Source of the DNA: Oculina patagonica
Taxonomy: Eukaryota
Direction: 5' to 3'
Assembly: GCF_052425735.1 (NCBI RefSeq)
Contig: NC_135764.1
Location: forward strand, 32,922,001 to 32,986,000
DNA length: 64,000 bases
The number at the start of each line of letters is the position of its first letter. The first letter of the stretch is position 1. The notes under the pieces are model-generated. The model did no database searches, was not told where the DNA came from, and saw only the letters and a list, made by a program, of their open reading frames with translations. Made by a program: the position numbers and the translations under genes. Of the stretch, positions 35,477-48,541 are shown one piece after another.

Positions 35477-37111
35477 ATGTCGTCCTCTCCGTTCAATGAT
35501 GCAGTGTTGGACGAATTGTCCTGTCCGATCTGTTTAGAAGATTTCGAGGAACCCAAATGTCTTCCAAATTGTGCCCATAACGTTTGTAAAGGTTGCTTAG
35601 AGGACATCATCAAAGCACGACCGTCTAATAGAAGACACATCAATTGCCCAATTTGCCGAGGAAATGTTCCTATTCCGCGTGAAGGAATATCTGCAATACC
35701 AACCAACACTATGATCAAACGATTGCTAGAGAAAGCTTCTGTCCCACGAGCTGAGAAAGAAATTATGAAAGCTTTGGAGAGAAGCAAGGAAAAGATAGAA
35801 GCACTGCGAAAATCGGCGCAGAAGCCTGGTCAAAGCTTTGCTGCTGATGATGATGTTAAAGCGAAAGGAGAAGCCTTGAAGCGCATCATCAATGACAAGG
35901 CAAGCAAGATTACAAAGATGATAAAGTCGCAAGAGGAGATTATGATTGCAAAGGTAAACGATTACGTAAAAAAGTACGCAGACAAAGATCCTGTCAAGGA
36001 AATTAGTCATTTGCTTGAAAGGCTCGAGCTGTCCGTTAAACAGGCAGAAGAAGTTCTTCGACAGCCAAACAACTCTAAGAAAGTGCAATCAAAAGCGGCT
36101 ATTGTAAAGATGTTGGAAGCAAGCTGTCATTTTGACGTGATGCCCTCCAAAGGTTCACACGCTTTTGACTTGGATTTCTTTCCAAACGAAGACCTCGAGC
36201 AGCGGCTGAAGGCGGAATGGTTCGGAAAGTTGGCAAAAGAAAGCGAAGAAAGTTTAGCGACAAAGCATCTGGCAAAGGTAACTGTGGTGAAAACCATCAC
36301 CGCTGACGATATTGGTGAAACATCTTTCAATCCTTACACGATCGCGTTGTCAGCTCAGAAGGGAGAAATGGCTGTTTTAGACGACGAGTCCAACCGAGTC
36401 CACATTTTAACACAAAGCGGCAACTATCTTCGATCATTTGGCGTGAAATTTGGCGATCTGTACGACGTTGCCTTCCAGCATGATAAATATCTTGACGGTG
36501 TTATTGTCGTGAATCGCTCACACAACCGTCTTTTGGCTTACCACCGGGAAAGTGGAAGGTTTTCTCCGATGTTCTATTCAAGCATGTATGAGAGCGTCTT
36601 CAGTTCGCAGTTTTCAAAAGGGAACTTTTCAAGTGTTTCCACCACGCCTGACGGCCAACAAATTATTGTTACTTCTGAGGCGCTGGATGAGAGTTGTGTT
36701 GCAGTCATCAATGTTCAGCCGACCAGCCAACAAAAGAACAATTTTGTTTTTGGAAAAGGATACCTCCTTTGCCCCAGAAAAGCGCTTTACTACAACAAAG
36801 AGTTCTTTGTTTGCGATCGGGATGATGGAGTTGTCAAAGTGTTTGACGCAAAAGGCGCTTGTCAGCGTGAAATTGGCGAGGATCTAGAATGCCCTCGAGG
36901 AATAGCTATTGACGGAAGCACGGCAAATATCTTGGTCGCAGACCCAGGCACTGACAGCGTTCAAGCTTTCAATACCAGCAATGGCGCATTTGTTGGAAAG
37001 ATAGTTCTGGATGAGGCGCCTGTTAGCATCGGAATAAACACTGACGGACATGCAGTGGTTTGCTATCACGATACTGAGCCTTGTTTAAAAATCCTGTCTT
37101 ACAGGCTTTGA
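35477..37111 (+). CDS. Intronless RING + coiled-coil + NHL-repeat E3 ubiquitin ligase (TRIM2/3/71-like)
   Basis: C3HC4 RING CPIC..C.H..C..C..CPIC, a helical linker, and NHL-type repeats (FNPYTIAL, LLCPRKAL, LECPRGIAID..ILVAD). The likely start is MSSSPF at 35477. Confidence 0.9.
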   Translation: MSSSPFNDAVLDELSCPICLEDFEEPKCLPNCAHNVCKGCLEDIIKARPSNRRHINCPICRGNVPIPREGISAIPTNTMIKRLLEKASVPRAEKEIMKALERSKEKIEALRKSAQKPGQSFAADDDVKAKGEALKRIINDKASKITKMIKSQEEIMIAKVNDYVKKYADKDPVKEISHLLERLELSVKQAEEVLRQPNNSKKVQSKAAIVKMLEASCHFDVMPSKGSHAFDLDFFPNEDLEQRLKAEWFGKLAKESEESLATKHLAKVTVVKTITADDIGETSFNPYTIALSAQKGEMAVLDDESNRVHILTQSGNYLRSFGVKFGDLYDVAFQHDKYLDGVIVVNRSHNRLLAYHRESGRFSPMFYSSMYESVFSSQFSKGNFSSVSTTPDGQQIIVTSEALDESCVAVINVQPTSQQKNNFVFGKGYLLCPRKALYYNKEFFVCDRDDGVVKVFDAKGACQREIGEDLECPRGIAIDGSTANILVADPGTDSVQAFNTSNGAFVGKIVLDEAPVSIGINTDGHAVVCYHDTEPCLKILSYRL

Positions 37112-38080
37112 TTTAAACGAGTGCTAAACACAGACTGTAGAAGAACTCCATTTATAAGATTACTCGCGAAAACATTTGTACTAGATGGATATCTTATATA
37201 TACGCCGGTGTATAATTCCGTCAACTTTTTGTTGTTGTTTTCAATTTTGCGTGTTTCTCGAGTGTTTCGGGTGTTGTAAATTTGTCATAGAGTGTTATTC
37301 TAAGATAAAACGAAAACAAGAAGGAGATCAAGATGTTTTTGTGCACATAAAACTAGCAATTTTGATATTTTGGGTTGTTTGCCCGTATTTTCTGGGTGAG
37401 TTGTTCCCATTAATGTGTATCACATAGTTTTCTTAAATTCTTGCGATTTGAGATTTAAAGTTTGCGACATTGCAAGTTTGGGGTTTGTTTATCATTTCAG
37501 TGACTGCTTCATTCGCACCTCCTCGGCTCTTTTGCACGGAGGCAACCAAATAACTAAAGAGACTATTAGTGTCATTAGTTGATTAAAATAAATTGCCACT
37601 GTTTACTTAGTAAACAAGTCATTTGTAGTTGGAAGATATAACTTTCCGTAAACTATTCGGTCGATAGATGGCTTGATCAGCGACCAGACTGATTTTACCC
37701 GGGCTACTTCATCTTCAACTTTATTACTTCCATCACTTACATAAATAATTCATAAATATATTTTTTAAAAAATCAATAAGTGATGAAGAGCATTCCCCTT
37801 TTTTCTTAGTCCGTCAAGTGTGAAGCAAAAAATCGAGCTTTCTTTCGGACTTAGAAAAACGAAGGAACCGCTTGTAGTAATACGCCCCCCCCCCCCCCCG
37901 GATAATAGGTATTTATTCTTTGTGCATGTGACATCGCGTGACTCGGATCGACACGCGCGCATTGGTGTAATCTTCATGAAGCATACTTGAGGTACTTTTC
38001 AAAATATCAGCGGCAGTATCAAAATGGCGGTTTACTGAAGGTGAACGTGAATGTGGCGAAGGTGAAACTAAAACAGTTTC

Positions 38081-40404
38081 ATGGTTGTTACCGTGTTCAA
38101 AACGATTTACTCTCTACGATTTCTGTTAGGGAGAATCAGTTTAAAGCAATCACCGTTCATTTCGCGTCACATCTTTCAGCCATTTCGTGGGAATATGTCT
38201 AACGTTGCGGTTGAAAAACTGGACTCGCCCGAATTCAAAAGTGTTCTTACTCAAGAACTGTTTACTGTTGCAGCACCATTCCAAGAGCACGGATTTGACA
38301 TAAGAATAGTCGGCGGTGCGGTGCGTGATATTCTTTTGGGTATACAACCAAAAGATGTAGACCTCAGTACAAATGCTACGCCGCCGGAAATGATTGAGTT
38401 GTTCCAAAAGCACAAGATCCATTACATAGAAACAGGCTTACAACACGGTACCGTCACGGCACACGTCAACAAACGAGATTTCGAAGTGACAACTTTGCGA
38501 ATTGACACTGAAACTGACGGCAGACATGCAAAAGTGGAATTTACTCATGATTGGAAGCTAGATGCAGAAAGGCGAGATCTTACATTTAACGCCATGAGTG
38601 TGGGGCTGGACGGGAGTTTGTACGATTATTTTGGTGGACGAAAAGATTTATTCGAACGTCGCGTGAGATTTGTGGGTGATGCAAGGTTGCGGATAAAAGA
38701 GGATTACTTACGAATTCTGAGATATTTTCGTTTCTACGGGAGAATAGCTTTGGAAGCAGACAATCACGACCAAACAACTTTGAATGTCATTCAAGAATGC
38801 TCTGATGGATTGAGAAATATTTCTGTGGAACGTATTTGGATGGAAGTCTCAAAAATCTTGACTGGGAATCACACATCTGATCTTTTACGCCGAATGTATG
38901 AGCTGAATGTTTCTCAGTCCATTGGTGAGTGATGGATAAAAATTTCAAGTCATGAATATCAGTGAGTTCATATATGAACTGTTGAGTCTATACCAAAGAA
39001 AATTGTTCATCTCTTTAATTTGAAGGGAACCATTTACATGAAGGAGGCACAGATTGAGCAGTCTGAGTCCAGGCTCAACCTGCTCTCGGTCACTTGTCTT
39101 ATGTCCTTGGGCAAGACACAGTCACACTTAACTCTCACAGTGCCTCTCTCCACCCAGGTGTATGAATGGGTACCGGCAAATTTATGCTGGGGGTAACCCT
39201 GCAATAGTATGGCATCCTATCTGAGAGGGGGGAGAGGAAATTCTCCTAGTCACTAAAGCTGTGTTCACACTAGGCCGAAACATGATTAGTCTGATCACGA
39301 ATGAAACATGTTTCGTTGTGAATTATCAGCGATGGGTAGAAAGCAGAATATTTGGCAGAACATAGCCACAAAAGTTTACAACGGCAGATACAAGCGCACA
39401 GCATTGCAATGCAAAAACAAACTTCATAAAAAATTCTTCTTTTACTGAAGATACCGCAAACACTGACAATACTGTCTCCTTGAAAACCCTGCTCCATCGA
39501 AGGGCTTGAAAATAAACAGAAAGACAAAGATTTAATGGAAAGTTTATTGTAATTTTGAGCGACATGTATATTTTTTGGTTAAAGTGTACAAGATTTATGC
39601 ATGAACTGTAAAACTGCATAAATTACTCACCAGGCATGAAATGTGTTTGAAACTGACACCTAATGTGAACAATGCAATAACAAGCATGTTTAGGTGAAAC
39701 ATGTTTTCTTGAAACATGTTTATTGCGAACATGTTTCCGGTTAAATGTGAACACAGCTTTATAATACTACAGAAACTGGGATAAACTCCTGCTGTATGGG
39801 ACACTGGCATGATGCAGTTACCCTTTTTTATTCTAGATGATAAACCCTCTCAATATCTTTAAGATATTCTGCTTATTTAATTTCAGGCCTTCCTGATTAT
39901 TCTGAAGAAAGCATGCAGGAGTTGACCAGAGCATGGAATGAACACAAAATCCATCCACTCCAACCTGAAACTCTGTTGTGTACTCTTGTCAAGACTGCAG
40001 AGCAAGCTGAAGACCTAGCTAAACGATGGAAGCTTTCCAATGCTGAAAAAGCCTTGGGAAAATTTACAACGGAGCACAGACAGCCCAAATCCCATGAGCA
40101 TGCTCTGAAGCCATATCAGGACATGATAGTCTCAGCACCTAATACACAGACAAAGAATCTTGTAAAAAGCCATGTAGCAGAACTCTTGCATTACCAAGGA
40201 AGACATGATCATGCGCAGGAAATTAAAGCATGGCACATTCCAGAGTTTCCCATCAATGGAGGACACTTGAAAAAGCTAGGAGTCAAGCCAGGACCAGAGT
40301 TTGGAAAAATGCTTGGAAAACTCAAAGAAGTTTGGAAGGATAGTTATTTTACTGCCAGTGTAGCTGACTTGTTAGATAAAGCTAAACTTTTCAAAGATAG
40401 TTAG
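38081..40404 (+). CDS. TRNT1: CCA tRNA nucleotidyltransferase 1. Exons: 38081-38924, 39887-40404
   Basis: Class II motifs VGGAVRD.LLG..PKDVD, FEVTTLR.D, DAERRDLT.N, RIKEDYLRILRYFRF and ISVERIW.E; C-terminal FPINGGHL..LGVKPG..FG..L..L. The GT-AG junction is in frame. Confidence 0.96.
39045..39825 (+). mobile_element. CORE-like SINE interrupted by a MITE (39254-39761) in the TRNT1 intron
   Basis: The SINE body matches 16553-16845 and resumes after the TIRs TAAAGCTGTGTTCACA / TGTGAACACAGCTTTA. Confidence 0.75.
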
Positions 40405-40595
40405 GACTGTTGTTTACTGGTAGCCTTTAAGTTGTTCTGGCATAGCATCCACTGGTGAAGTCAAAATAACCAAGGCGAACATTCAAACTTTCTTTCCACT
40501 TTTCCGCATAGAATTCAACAGATAATTAAATATTTGAACTTACTAGTGACTTGTTTAAGTGAAAGTCATGTGTGTGAATCCCATAGACAAATTTG

Positions 40596-40989
40596 CCCAG
40601 GGGGGTACTGCGACTTGTAATTGACGGGGATGATTGAATGAAGGCAAAACTCAGGACCCAAAAAAATCCCTAAGTCTTCCGACATTACCCCAAAAAATCC
40701 CTGGACCAAAAATAACCCCCCAAAAAATCCCTTGTCAAATTACCCCTAAATTGCCAGGAGGGGCAATAATGCTTGAGTTTGATGATTCATCTTACCATAA
40801 ATACGCCAAGGCCGTGCCAAGGCACTTTAGTTTGCTTTTAATACCCAAAAATCCCCTATTTGAATCAAGTCACCCAAAAAAATACTTGCCAAATCTTCCA
40901 ACCCAAAAAAATCTTGGAATTGAAAATTTCAAACCCAAAAAATCCTTTGATCATTCCCGTCATTTACAAGCCGGAGTACCCCCCCTGGG
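40596..40989. mobile_element. hAT-like MITE with CCCAGGGG termini; same family as 52418-52756, opposite orientation
   Basis: CCCAGGGGGGTACT ... AGTACCCCCCCTGGG. The internal sequence is largely the reverse complement of the 52.4-52.8 kb copy. Confidence 0.75.
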
Positions 40990-42918
40990 CCAGTTTGTAG
41001 CTGTTGATTTCTATAAAGTTCCTTTGATTGCAAACTTTTTCCCGTTATAAAAATTGGATTTGATAAGCTCCTGATTTAATGTCCTTTGACCTGATTTTGC
41101 CATGCTGTAATTTGCAGTCCTTTGCCAAAAATGTCAATTTGTTATTGCCTATATGAATTTTCTGCTTTACTTGCACAAGTGTTTGACTCATCTTTCTATT
41201 TTTGAATTTCATGATAGAAGTCATACAACTTAGATAAAAGAGCACTGGTGGGGATTTTTCTGCTTATGTAATTAGCAGTGTATGCATATTTTGGTCAGAA
41301 TTTTTTTGCTGCATTTTATAGGACTTTCAGCCTGTGCCCTTTCAGAAGCCAGTGTAGCTTAATTTTTTTCCCCAATAAATGGATTTTAATTTTTTTTGTA
41401 GTTGTCAATACAGATGGGAGGGTGAAAATTTTGTTGGCATCATTCTGTGAGAAGTTGGAAAGTAGTGTTAAAATTTCCATTTTTTTTGTTTTCTGAATGG
41501 CTTCTATTTATTGCTATAACTTATTTGTGACTGTTACAGAAAAATATATCCATACCCCTCCCACAGAAGGTTTTCCCACCGCTATATAAATTTCAGTGTG
41601 GCTTCACACTTTTCTGTTAACAAAATTGGCTTTTAATTCCCACCCCCTTCCCCTTTGGAATTTCTAACAACCTTCCTTGGGGCATTTATGGACATTTCCT
41701 GGAACTGCCTTATTTATAAATTAACAAGAACATTGAGAAGCTTGAGAAGCTTAAAATCGGGCGCTTTGCCTTGAAAGGCAGGGTTCAGTACAGCAGAAAC
41801 CACGAAGCAGTCACTTAAGTAGCACTCAGTCCGACTGTGTTTGTGTAAGTCACAGGGCTTGCATGAGCTGTATTAGTGTGCATAATATAATATCTAGAAC
41901 GTTGTCGAGATTGCATTATTACTTAATGACATGATGGTTTCAATTTATAAATGTATCTCACACAATACAAATAAAAGATTGAAGTAGACGACTAGACAAT
42001 GTAAAGTTTGACTTAGCAAAGTGCAGTGTATTGGTAATACTGTAAGGTGCGGTTTCACCTGACGGTCGTGTGCTTTTCGGTATTTTCCAGGCATTGCACT
42101 TTGATGGGACAGTACTACAACTGTTTACCGGGGAACTACTATTGTCAAGAAAATGATCACAACTTGTTGATGAATGATTGAACATTTGTTTCATACCATT
42201 ACTGTAATAGCAATTGATGAAGGCTTTTAGTACTGAACCAAAGTATAAGGACTGGGAAATACTGAAACCCATTATCAGCCACCTTAAACGGAAATATCTT
42301 GTTGGTGTTTCAAGGAATACAAGGAAACTTCACTCATCCCATGTATCTATGTATTGCGGTATTTTGTAATTTTTTGAGTGATTTTTGGGGATGTTTGGCA
42401 GGTGATAGTTTTTTTTAAAAGAATTAGTAAAATTTAGACAACTAAGAAATATTGAAAATTTAATGTGAATTTAACATTGGAATTTGAAGTTAGAAATTGG
42501 CAGACGGACACCAAACAGTCCCGTGACATCCTGGAGTGTTTTTGCATGGGGGTCAACTGTGTGATGATGTTTCCATTTTTTTCTTCAATCCCCACTGATA
42601 AAGAACTGTTGTTGGTGTTATGTTGGTGTTATCACATGTCAAGCCTTTAACAAGGTATGAAAGAACACAAGGATTTAAATTATTCTGGTGCTCAATTTTT
42701 GCGTAACTAAAATTAATGTTACTCAAATTCCTGATGGATTCTGTCTTAAACTGTTACGAGCTTAGTATTTCCAAATTATTGCATGTCAATGTAAGGCAAG
42801 ACAAGACATGCCTTGGTTCTTATGTAATTCTCTTAAAAACACATAAGATATTGACTATAATTTTGTCTGTGCTATGGCAATTCACAGTGGGGTGGTCTTG
42901 ATGTGTCTTTAACTTGTC

Positions 42919-43834
42919 GACTGGACTGGACTAGTAAAACGCGGACTTGTAAAACGCCTCTAGACACTTCGAATTCCTTGGCCACAATCATCTTACGGCT
43001 CTCTTCAATACATAATGTCTCAAAAAAACAGTAACCTCAGAAAGAAGTCAGAAGCAAATAAGGTCGAAAGACCGAATTTGAACATATAACGGCAAATGTT
43101 CTAATGTCACGAACGTAGGAGTCGTGTAGGCCCGTCACCTTTATTTACCACATACTGCCCCCAAATTAAAACAGTACCCTCAGAAAGAAGTCAGAAGCAA
43201 ATAAGGTCGAAAGACCGAATTTAAACATTTAACAGCAAATATTCTAATGTCACGAACGTAGTCCTGAGTCGTGTAGGCCCGTCACCTTTATTTACGATTG
43301 ACTGTTGATTTCTGGACGGGCCCCGTTCTACCTCGTGCGAGCAATACAAACGACTGCACTCAACAGACGTCAAGTAGTGGAAAGAAAGAAACATATGCAC
43401 ACAACTCATAGCATCAATCCCGTTGTTTTAGTAGGGGTTTGCAGAACGAACATGTGCTATACTGCAAAAACATCTCCACGCTAAAACAGACCATAGAGTG
43501 CTCAAAAAAGCTAGAAATATGCCGTCGAAGAAACACACAAGAGCTTCAAACACAAATTGTTTCGCTCGCTAAACCGTTTAGTTTCCGTTTAGTGTCCGCG
43601 TTCTACAAGTCCGTGCTTAACAAGCCCTCGTTTTACAAGTCCGCGTTTTACAAGTCCGCGTTTTACTAGTCCTCGTTTTACAAGTCCGCGTTTTACTAGT
43701 CCGCGTTTTACTAGTCCGCCTTTTACAAGTCCGCGTTTTACTAGTCCGCGTTATACTAGTCCGCGTTTTACAAGTCTGCGTTTTACTAGTCCGCGTTTTA
43801 CTAGTCCAGTCCAGTCCTCGAAATACAGTATGCC
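42919..43834. mobile_element. Fold-back element with a 15-bp subterminal tandem array and an internal ~120-bp direct repeat
   Basis: 14 copies of GTCCGCGTTTTAC(A/T)A at 43594-43803, with an inverted copy of the terminus at 42919-42957. The direct repeat lies at ~43025-43146 / ~43167-43294. Confidence 0.75.
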
Positions 43835-46800
43835 AAAACTCCCCGCCCTCTAAAGATAAGTCCTTGACGGTTCTTGTCGTTTTTCGGTGCCTATTCATCT
43901 TCGGCATCTTTCTCATCCACCTCTCGTTCTGTCCTGTGTCTGTCATCACACGAAAGAAAAGCTGATTCTCAAAAAATCTGCCACAAAAGGAAATTGACAA
44001 AAACAATATGAAAACCATATATCGAAAGTTTCTTATTCTAAAATTTTATCATACGTCTTAATTCAGAGCTACAAAGAAGTTCCTCCTTTTGAGTTATTGA
44101 TACTGTTCTTACAGTACCTCTTTCCACTAGCGAAATTTTACAAAATTCCTTCGCGGCGAAAAGGTAGCGCGAATCCAGAACAGACTCCAATCGAGCGTGG
44201 GTTAATTCTAGATTACTATTAATTAACTATTACAACATTCATTTTTAAAATAGTTTCCCAAGCCGACTAAGCTAACTAAACGTCGAGTGTATCTTTCAGT
44301 AAACAAAACATGCCGTTATGACGCCGGAAATCCAGCTCACGCATACTATACCCCGTGACTCACGCAAACCTCCGACTTACGTGCTACTACAGTCATTCCT
44401 TTCTAAACATTTTTTTTTTTACCACCACCGTACCTTTCTACCCAAAAAACTCATGAAACCGCCCGGTTTTAACCTGTTTTAACCTTTCAAAAATTAGAGC
44501 GTTCGAAACTAAATAAGATCCGTAATCACAAACAACATACAGCCGTTTACCAGCACTCTTTAAAACTCCTGAAACCCTTCAAAATCAGGCAAAATAAATC
44601 TTTGAAATAACCTTTATCAATGTTTCTTATTTTTTGTTCAGTTCTATAAAATGCCTTTCATACACTACTGTCAAACAAAAATTTTAATTTCCTCAAAGTT
44701 TCAAGACAAAAGAATAACAAATATTTCGTGCACAATGTAATTTGATTAAGCCAATATTATCACGTCTAAAAATACTTCAAGCAATTCAGTGAAAACCCGT
44801 TTTTTTTTCGTATCAACGAAAACCACTTTCGAATAATCAATACATGAAAATAACAATAAGATCAAAAGGAAGAAAGGAACCTTTCTAATTATTTGAAGAC
44901 TTTCAAAGCCGTGATATTATGCATCCAATCCGCGATAAAATTTAATTACAACAAAATCCAAAAGTTCTCATTTTGAATTCCATTTTTTTCAGTTGATACC
45001 TTTATCCAACTTGTGAAAAATTCCATTCAAGTTCCTATTAATACTGTACATTCCCAATGTTTTGCTCAGGTCTTCAGAAGCGTCTTACTAACCAAATCTA
45101 AAATAATTCCAAAACATGCTGTACAAACATTCTACTCTTTGTGACAAACGACTTGACGACCAATTGTTCGAAATGAAAATCGACACAGTTCTTCCTAAAT
45201 AAAAAAAAAGTTTTACGGCGGAGTCAGGCTCAAAAAATATACCGCAAGATCACACCCCCATTCATAGTCAGAAACCAGCAAACCATCTAGTTTGCTAAAA
45301 AAAAACACTGCGTGACATCAATGACGTTACCTTTTTCATTTACAAAAATAACTTTAACTTGTCAAAGTAAGTGCAATTTCACAATGGTGAATATATCGGC
45401 CCAGTTCTCGGCCGGGTCCAGTTCTCGGCCACTTTGTGTTTAACGCGTTTTTTCACACTCCAGTTGAATCAAAAAGAAAAGGTATTTCCTTCAAACGATA
45501 GACTGATTCATGTGCTTTAAGTATCTTGAGTTTGATCGTTCAATTCGATATAGAAAGCTCACACGTCGAGTTTACGCGGAGGTAGTTGTTTGTTTACGGC
45601 TCCAAATTCATGGATGTAGTTAAATTCGTATTTTATCCAAAAGCCCCCACCATACGAGCTAATTTTTGGCATGTGAAACGTAGAATAATTCAGCTTTCTG
45701 CTTTAGTTAACTTTTCGTTGAACCGTTGTATTTTTTGGTCTTAATTTACTTCGAAATTTTTTCTTGCGACGTTTGCGTATTTGCCAGTTCTCGGCCACCC
45801 TGCTCGCTATCACAGCTTAGCGCTTGGTTTTTAATATAATTTCATCTGCTGCTGCCAGAATGAAAGAAATAAATGTTTTAAAAATAAAGTTCAATCTTAT
45901 CTCTAAGTTTTGAGCTGACTCTTGTCTTGTCTATTATTTCTACAACACCTAAATATTTCAAGACCTTTTCACTGCAAAACAAGACGCTAGCAGAGCGTTC
46001 ACTCCGGCCCTGGAAGTGACATAGGGGTGGAGGATTAGGGAGGGGATTGGGTACGTATCGGAACTCCCGGGTATAAGAGGCTAAAATAAAACATAAAATA
46101 CAATAGCAAAGATATCGTTGACGTCACCTATCGTTATTAATGTGCTTTTGTGTAAACTTGTTGGACATTTATCGAACATTTAAATAACAGAGACAATGAT
46201 TGTAAACAAATATCTTCCCTATAAAGAATAAAGAAAAGCTGCCTAGATAAAACTAGGAATATAGACGTTGTTTTACAGTGTGAAGACTTAAATGCAAACA
46301 AATAAACAAAATGACCAGTAAACTTAGACAATACTGTGGAACCCCGATATATAAATGATGTACCAAGGGACTGGCGAAACCATATCGTTATATCGGGGAA
46401 TCGTTAAACGTCTTAAACCGGGATTTCGTTCCGCTGGAGTAAGGACTCGCTAATGAAGACTTGTCAAAATATAAAACCATCTCAATGTGGTACTTCTTGG
46501 TGCAGAAAAGCGTTTTTCGGGAGTTATTTACGAATCACGGAAGCGTTGCGTGACCACCAAATAGCGGCTGCGAAGGAGACTGGAATATTGTTTACACAAC
46601 TCTGAAACTACATGGTTCCTTCCAAAAACTGAATTGGTAATACTTTCTACGCTCTTCATTTACTTAACTATTAATCAAACTACTTGTTTGCATTTTTCTG
46701 GAGTACTGGAGTAATTTTTTAAATCTTTTATAAAACACAAAACTAAAAGTCTGGTCGCCGTTGAAAGATGATCAGATAACACCGCGTCTGTCTCGAAACA

Positions 46801-47728
46801 GATCGATGTCTAGATCTTCAAAACCTAAAATATCGAACTAAAGATGGACAAATGAAAGAAACTTGAAAGAAACGTTATTTCAGATTAATTTTCATAGAAG
46901 GTGAAGCAAAGAAATGTATTCAAAAGGTCTCAAAAGCGTCAATTTTAAAACTCGTGAAACAACCCTTGCACGCTTAATTAAATTTATTCACGCAAAAGCA
47001 TTTCTTGTACTGCAGCGGACGGCTTTTGCATTATAATTTTTTACTTGACTTCTTTTACTGATCCTTGTAAAAATGTCATCTAAAATTCAAAGCAATAATA
47101 TACATAACATTTGCTTTCTGAAGTCTCGAGAAGCCGCAGAAAGTCCTTGATCAAGTCCATGATTTGTATTCAAAACACACTGATATAAAGTACGTCGCGA
47201 CACAGTCTTCGCGGCCACGAAAGAAAGATGGATTTCTTAACACTACCAAGGTTTTAGCAATCTGTACTTTCCCCAGAGAGGGAAGTTTACGTGTTTAGCA
47301 TAACAAACAAGACCTTGAAAGTTTGTAATCCGTTCCGTGGCACAAAAGACTCCGCATCAATGACTTCACTTCAATGGCGACTTTTCCCTGTCGAGGTCAA
47401 GCAGATGGTACGCAAAGCACAATGGGATTACGTCACTCGATTGCGCAATTTTGCAGATTTGTGACTACAAAGAAATCAAACCCATTTTACTACTCCTGGC
47501 CTCCAGCCGGAGTAATAAACCATCTAAATGCACGGGTCACACAATGCGGTTTTGCCAGAACCTGCACATAGGCAACTAGGCGCGTTAAAATCCTTCTTTT
47601 CTAAAGTAAAACAAAGCATCATAAAAATAATTTGGGATCGATATAGTATAAATAGGTTTACAGAGTGATTTTATGACTGTGAAAATTAATTGAGCATTTT
47701 TTTACAGATAATTACGCACAAGCTTTTT

Positions 47729-48541
47729 AGTGGCTGAGAACTGGGCCAAGGTGGCCGAGAACTGGGCCCACAAATGGAGCTTTTATTTTTATTATTGCTC
47801 GGGCAAATTAATTTTTGACCGGTCGATAGCTTTACACCAAAAAGCTGAATAATGTAGCTAGCTCTGGGAGAAATTTCAAGTTCCTGCGGTTCTTCTGAGG
47901 TAAGAAATACAAGTTTACGTCAAAAGTGGCCGAGAACTGGGCCAAGGTGGCCGAGAACTGGGCCCACAAATGGAGCTTTTATTTTTATTATTGCTCGGGC
48001 AAATTAATTTTTGACCGGTCGATAGCTTTACACCAAAAAGCTGAATAATGTAGCTAGCTCTGGGAGAAATTTCAAGTTCCTGCGGTTCTTCTGAGGTAAG
48101 AAATACAAGTTTACGTCAAAAGTGGCCGAGAACTGGGCCAAGGTGGCCGAGAACTGGGCCCACAAATGGAGCTTTTATTTTTATTATTGCTCGGGCAAAT
48201 TAATTTTTGACCGGTCGATAGCTTTACACCAAAAAGCTGTATAATGTAGCTAGCTCTGCGAGAAATTTCAAGTTCCTGCGGTTCTTCTGAGGTAAGAAAT
48301 ACAAGTTTACGTCAAAAGTGGCCGAGAACTGGGCCAAGGTGGCCGAGAACTGGGCCCACAAATGGAGCTTTTATTTTTATTATTGCTCGGGCAAATTAAT
48401 TTTTGACCGGTCGATAGCTTTACACCAAAAAGCTGAATAATGTAGCTAGCTCTGCGAGAAATTTCAAGTTCCTGCGGTTCTTCTGAGGTAAGAAATACAA
48501 GTTTACGTCAAAAGTGGCCGAGAACTGGGCCCCATACTGTA
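47729..48541. repeat. Four near-identical 196-bp tandem units, probably at a transposon end
   Basis: CAAATGG recurs at 47771, 47967, 48163 and 48359. The GTGGCCGAGAACTGGGCC motifs have inverted counterparts at ~45398-45435 and ~45784-45798. Confidence 0.9.

Noticed and set aside
41958-42272. 104-aa ORF, possibly a transposon-protein relic
   Set aside because: Only a vague Cys/Trp pattern; no supportable domain or gene structure.
43617-44018. 133-aa ORF with KTRT repeats
   Set aside because: It is the translation of the 15-bp tandem repeat.
47729-48541. CRISPR-like array
   Set aside because: The sequences between motifs are near-identical rather than unique spacers. The context is eukaryotic, with no cas genes.
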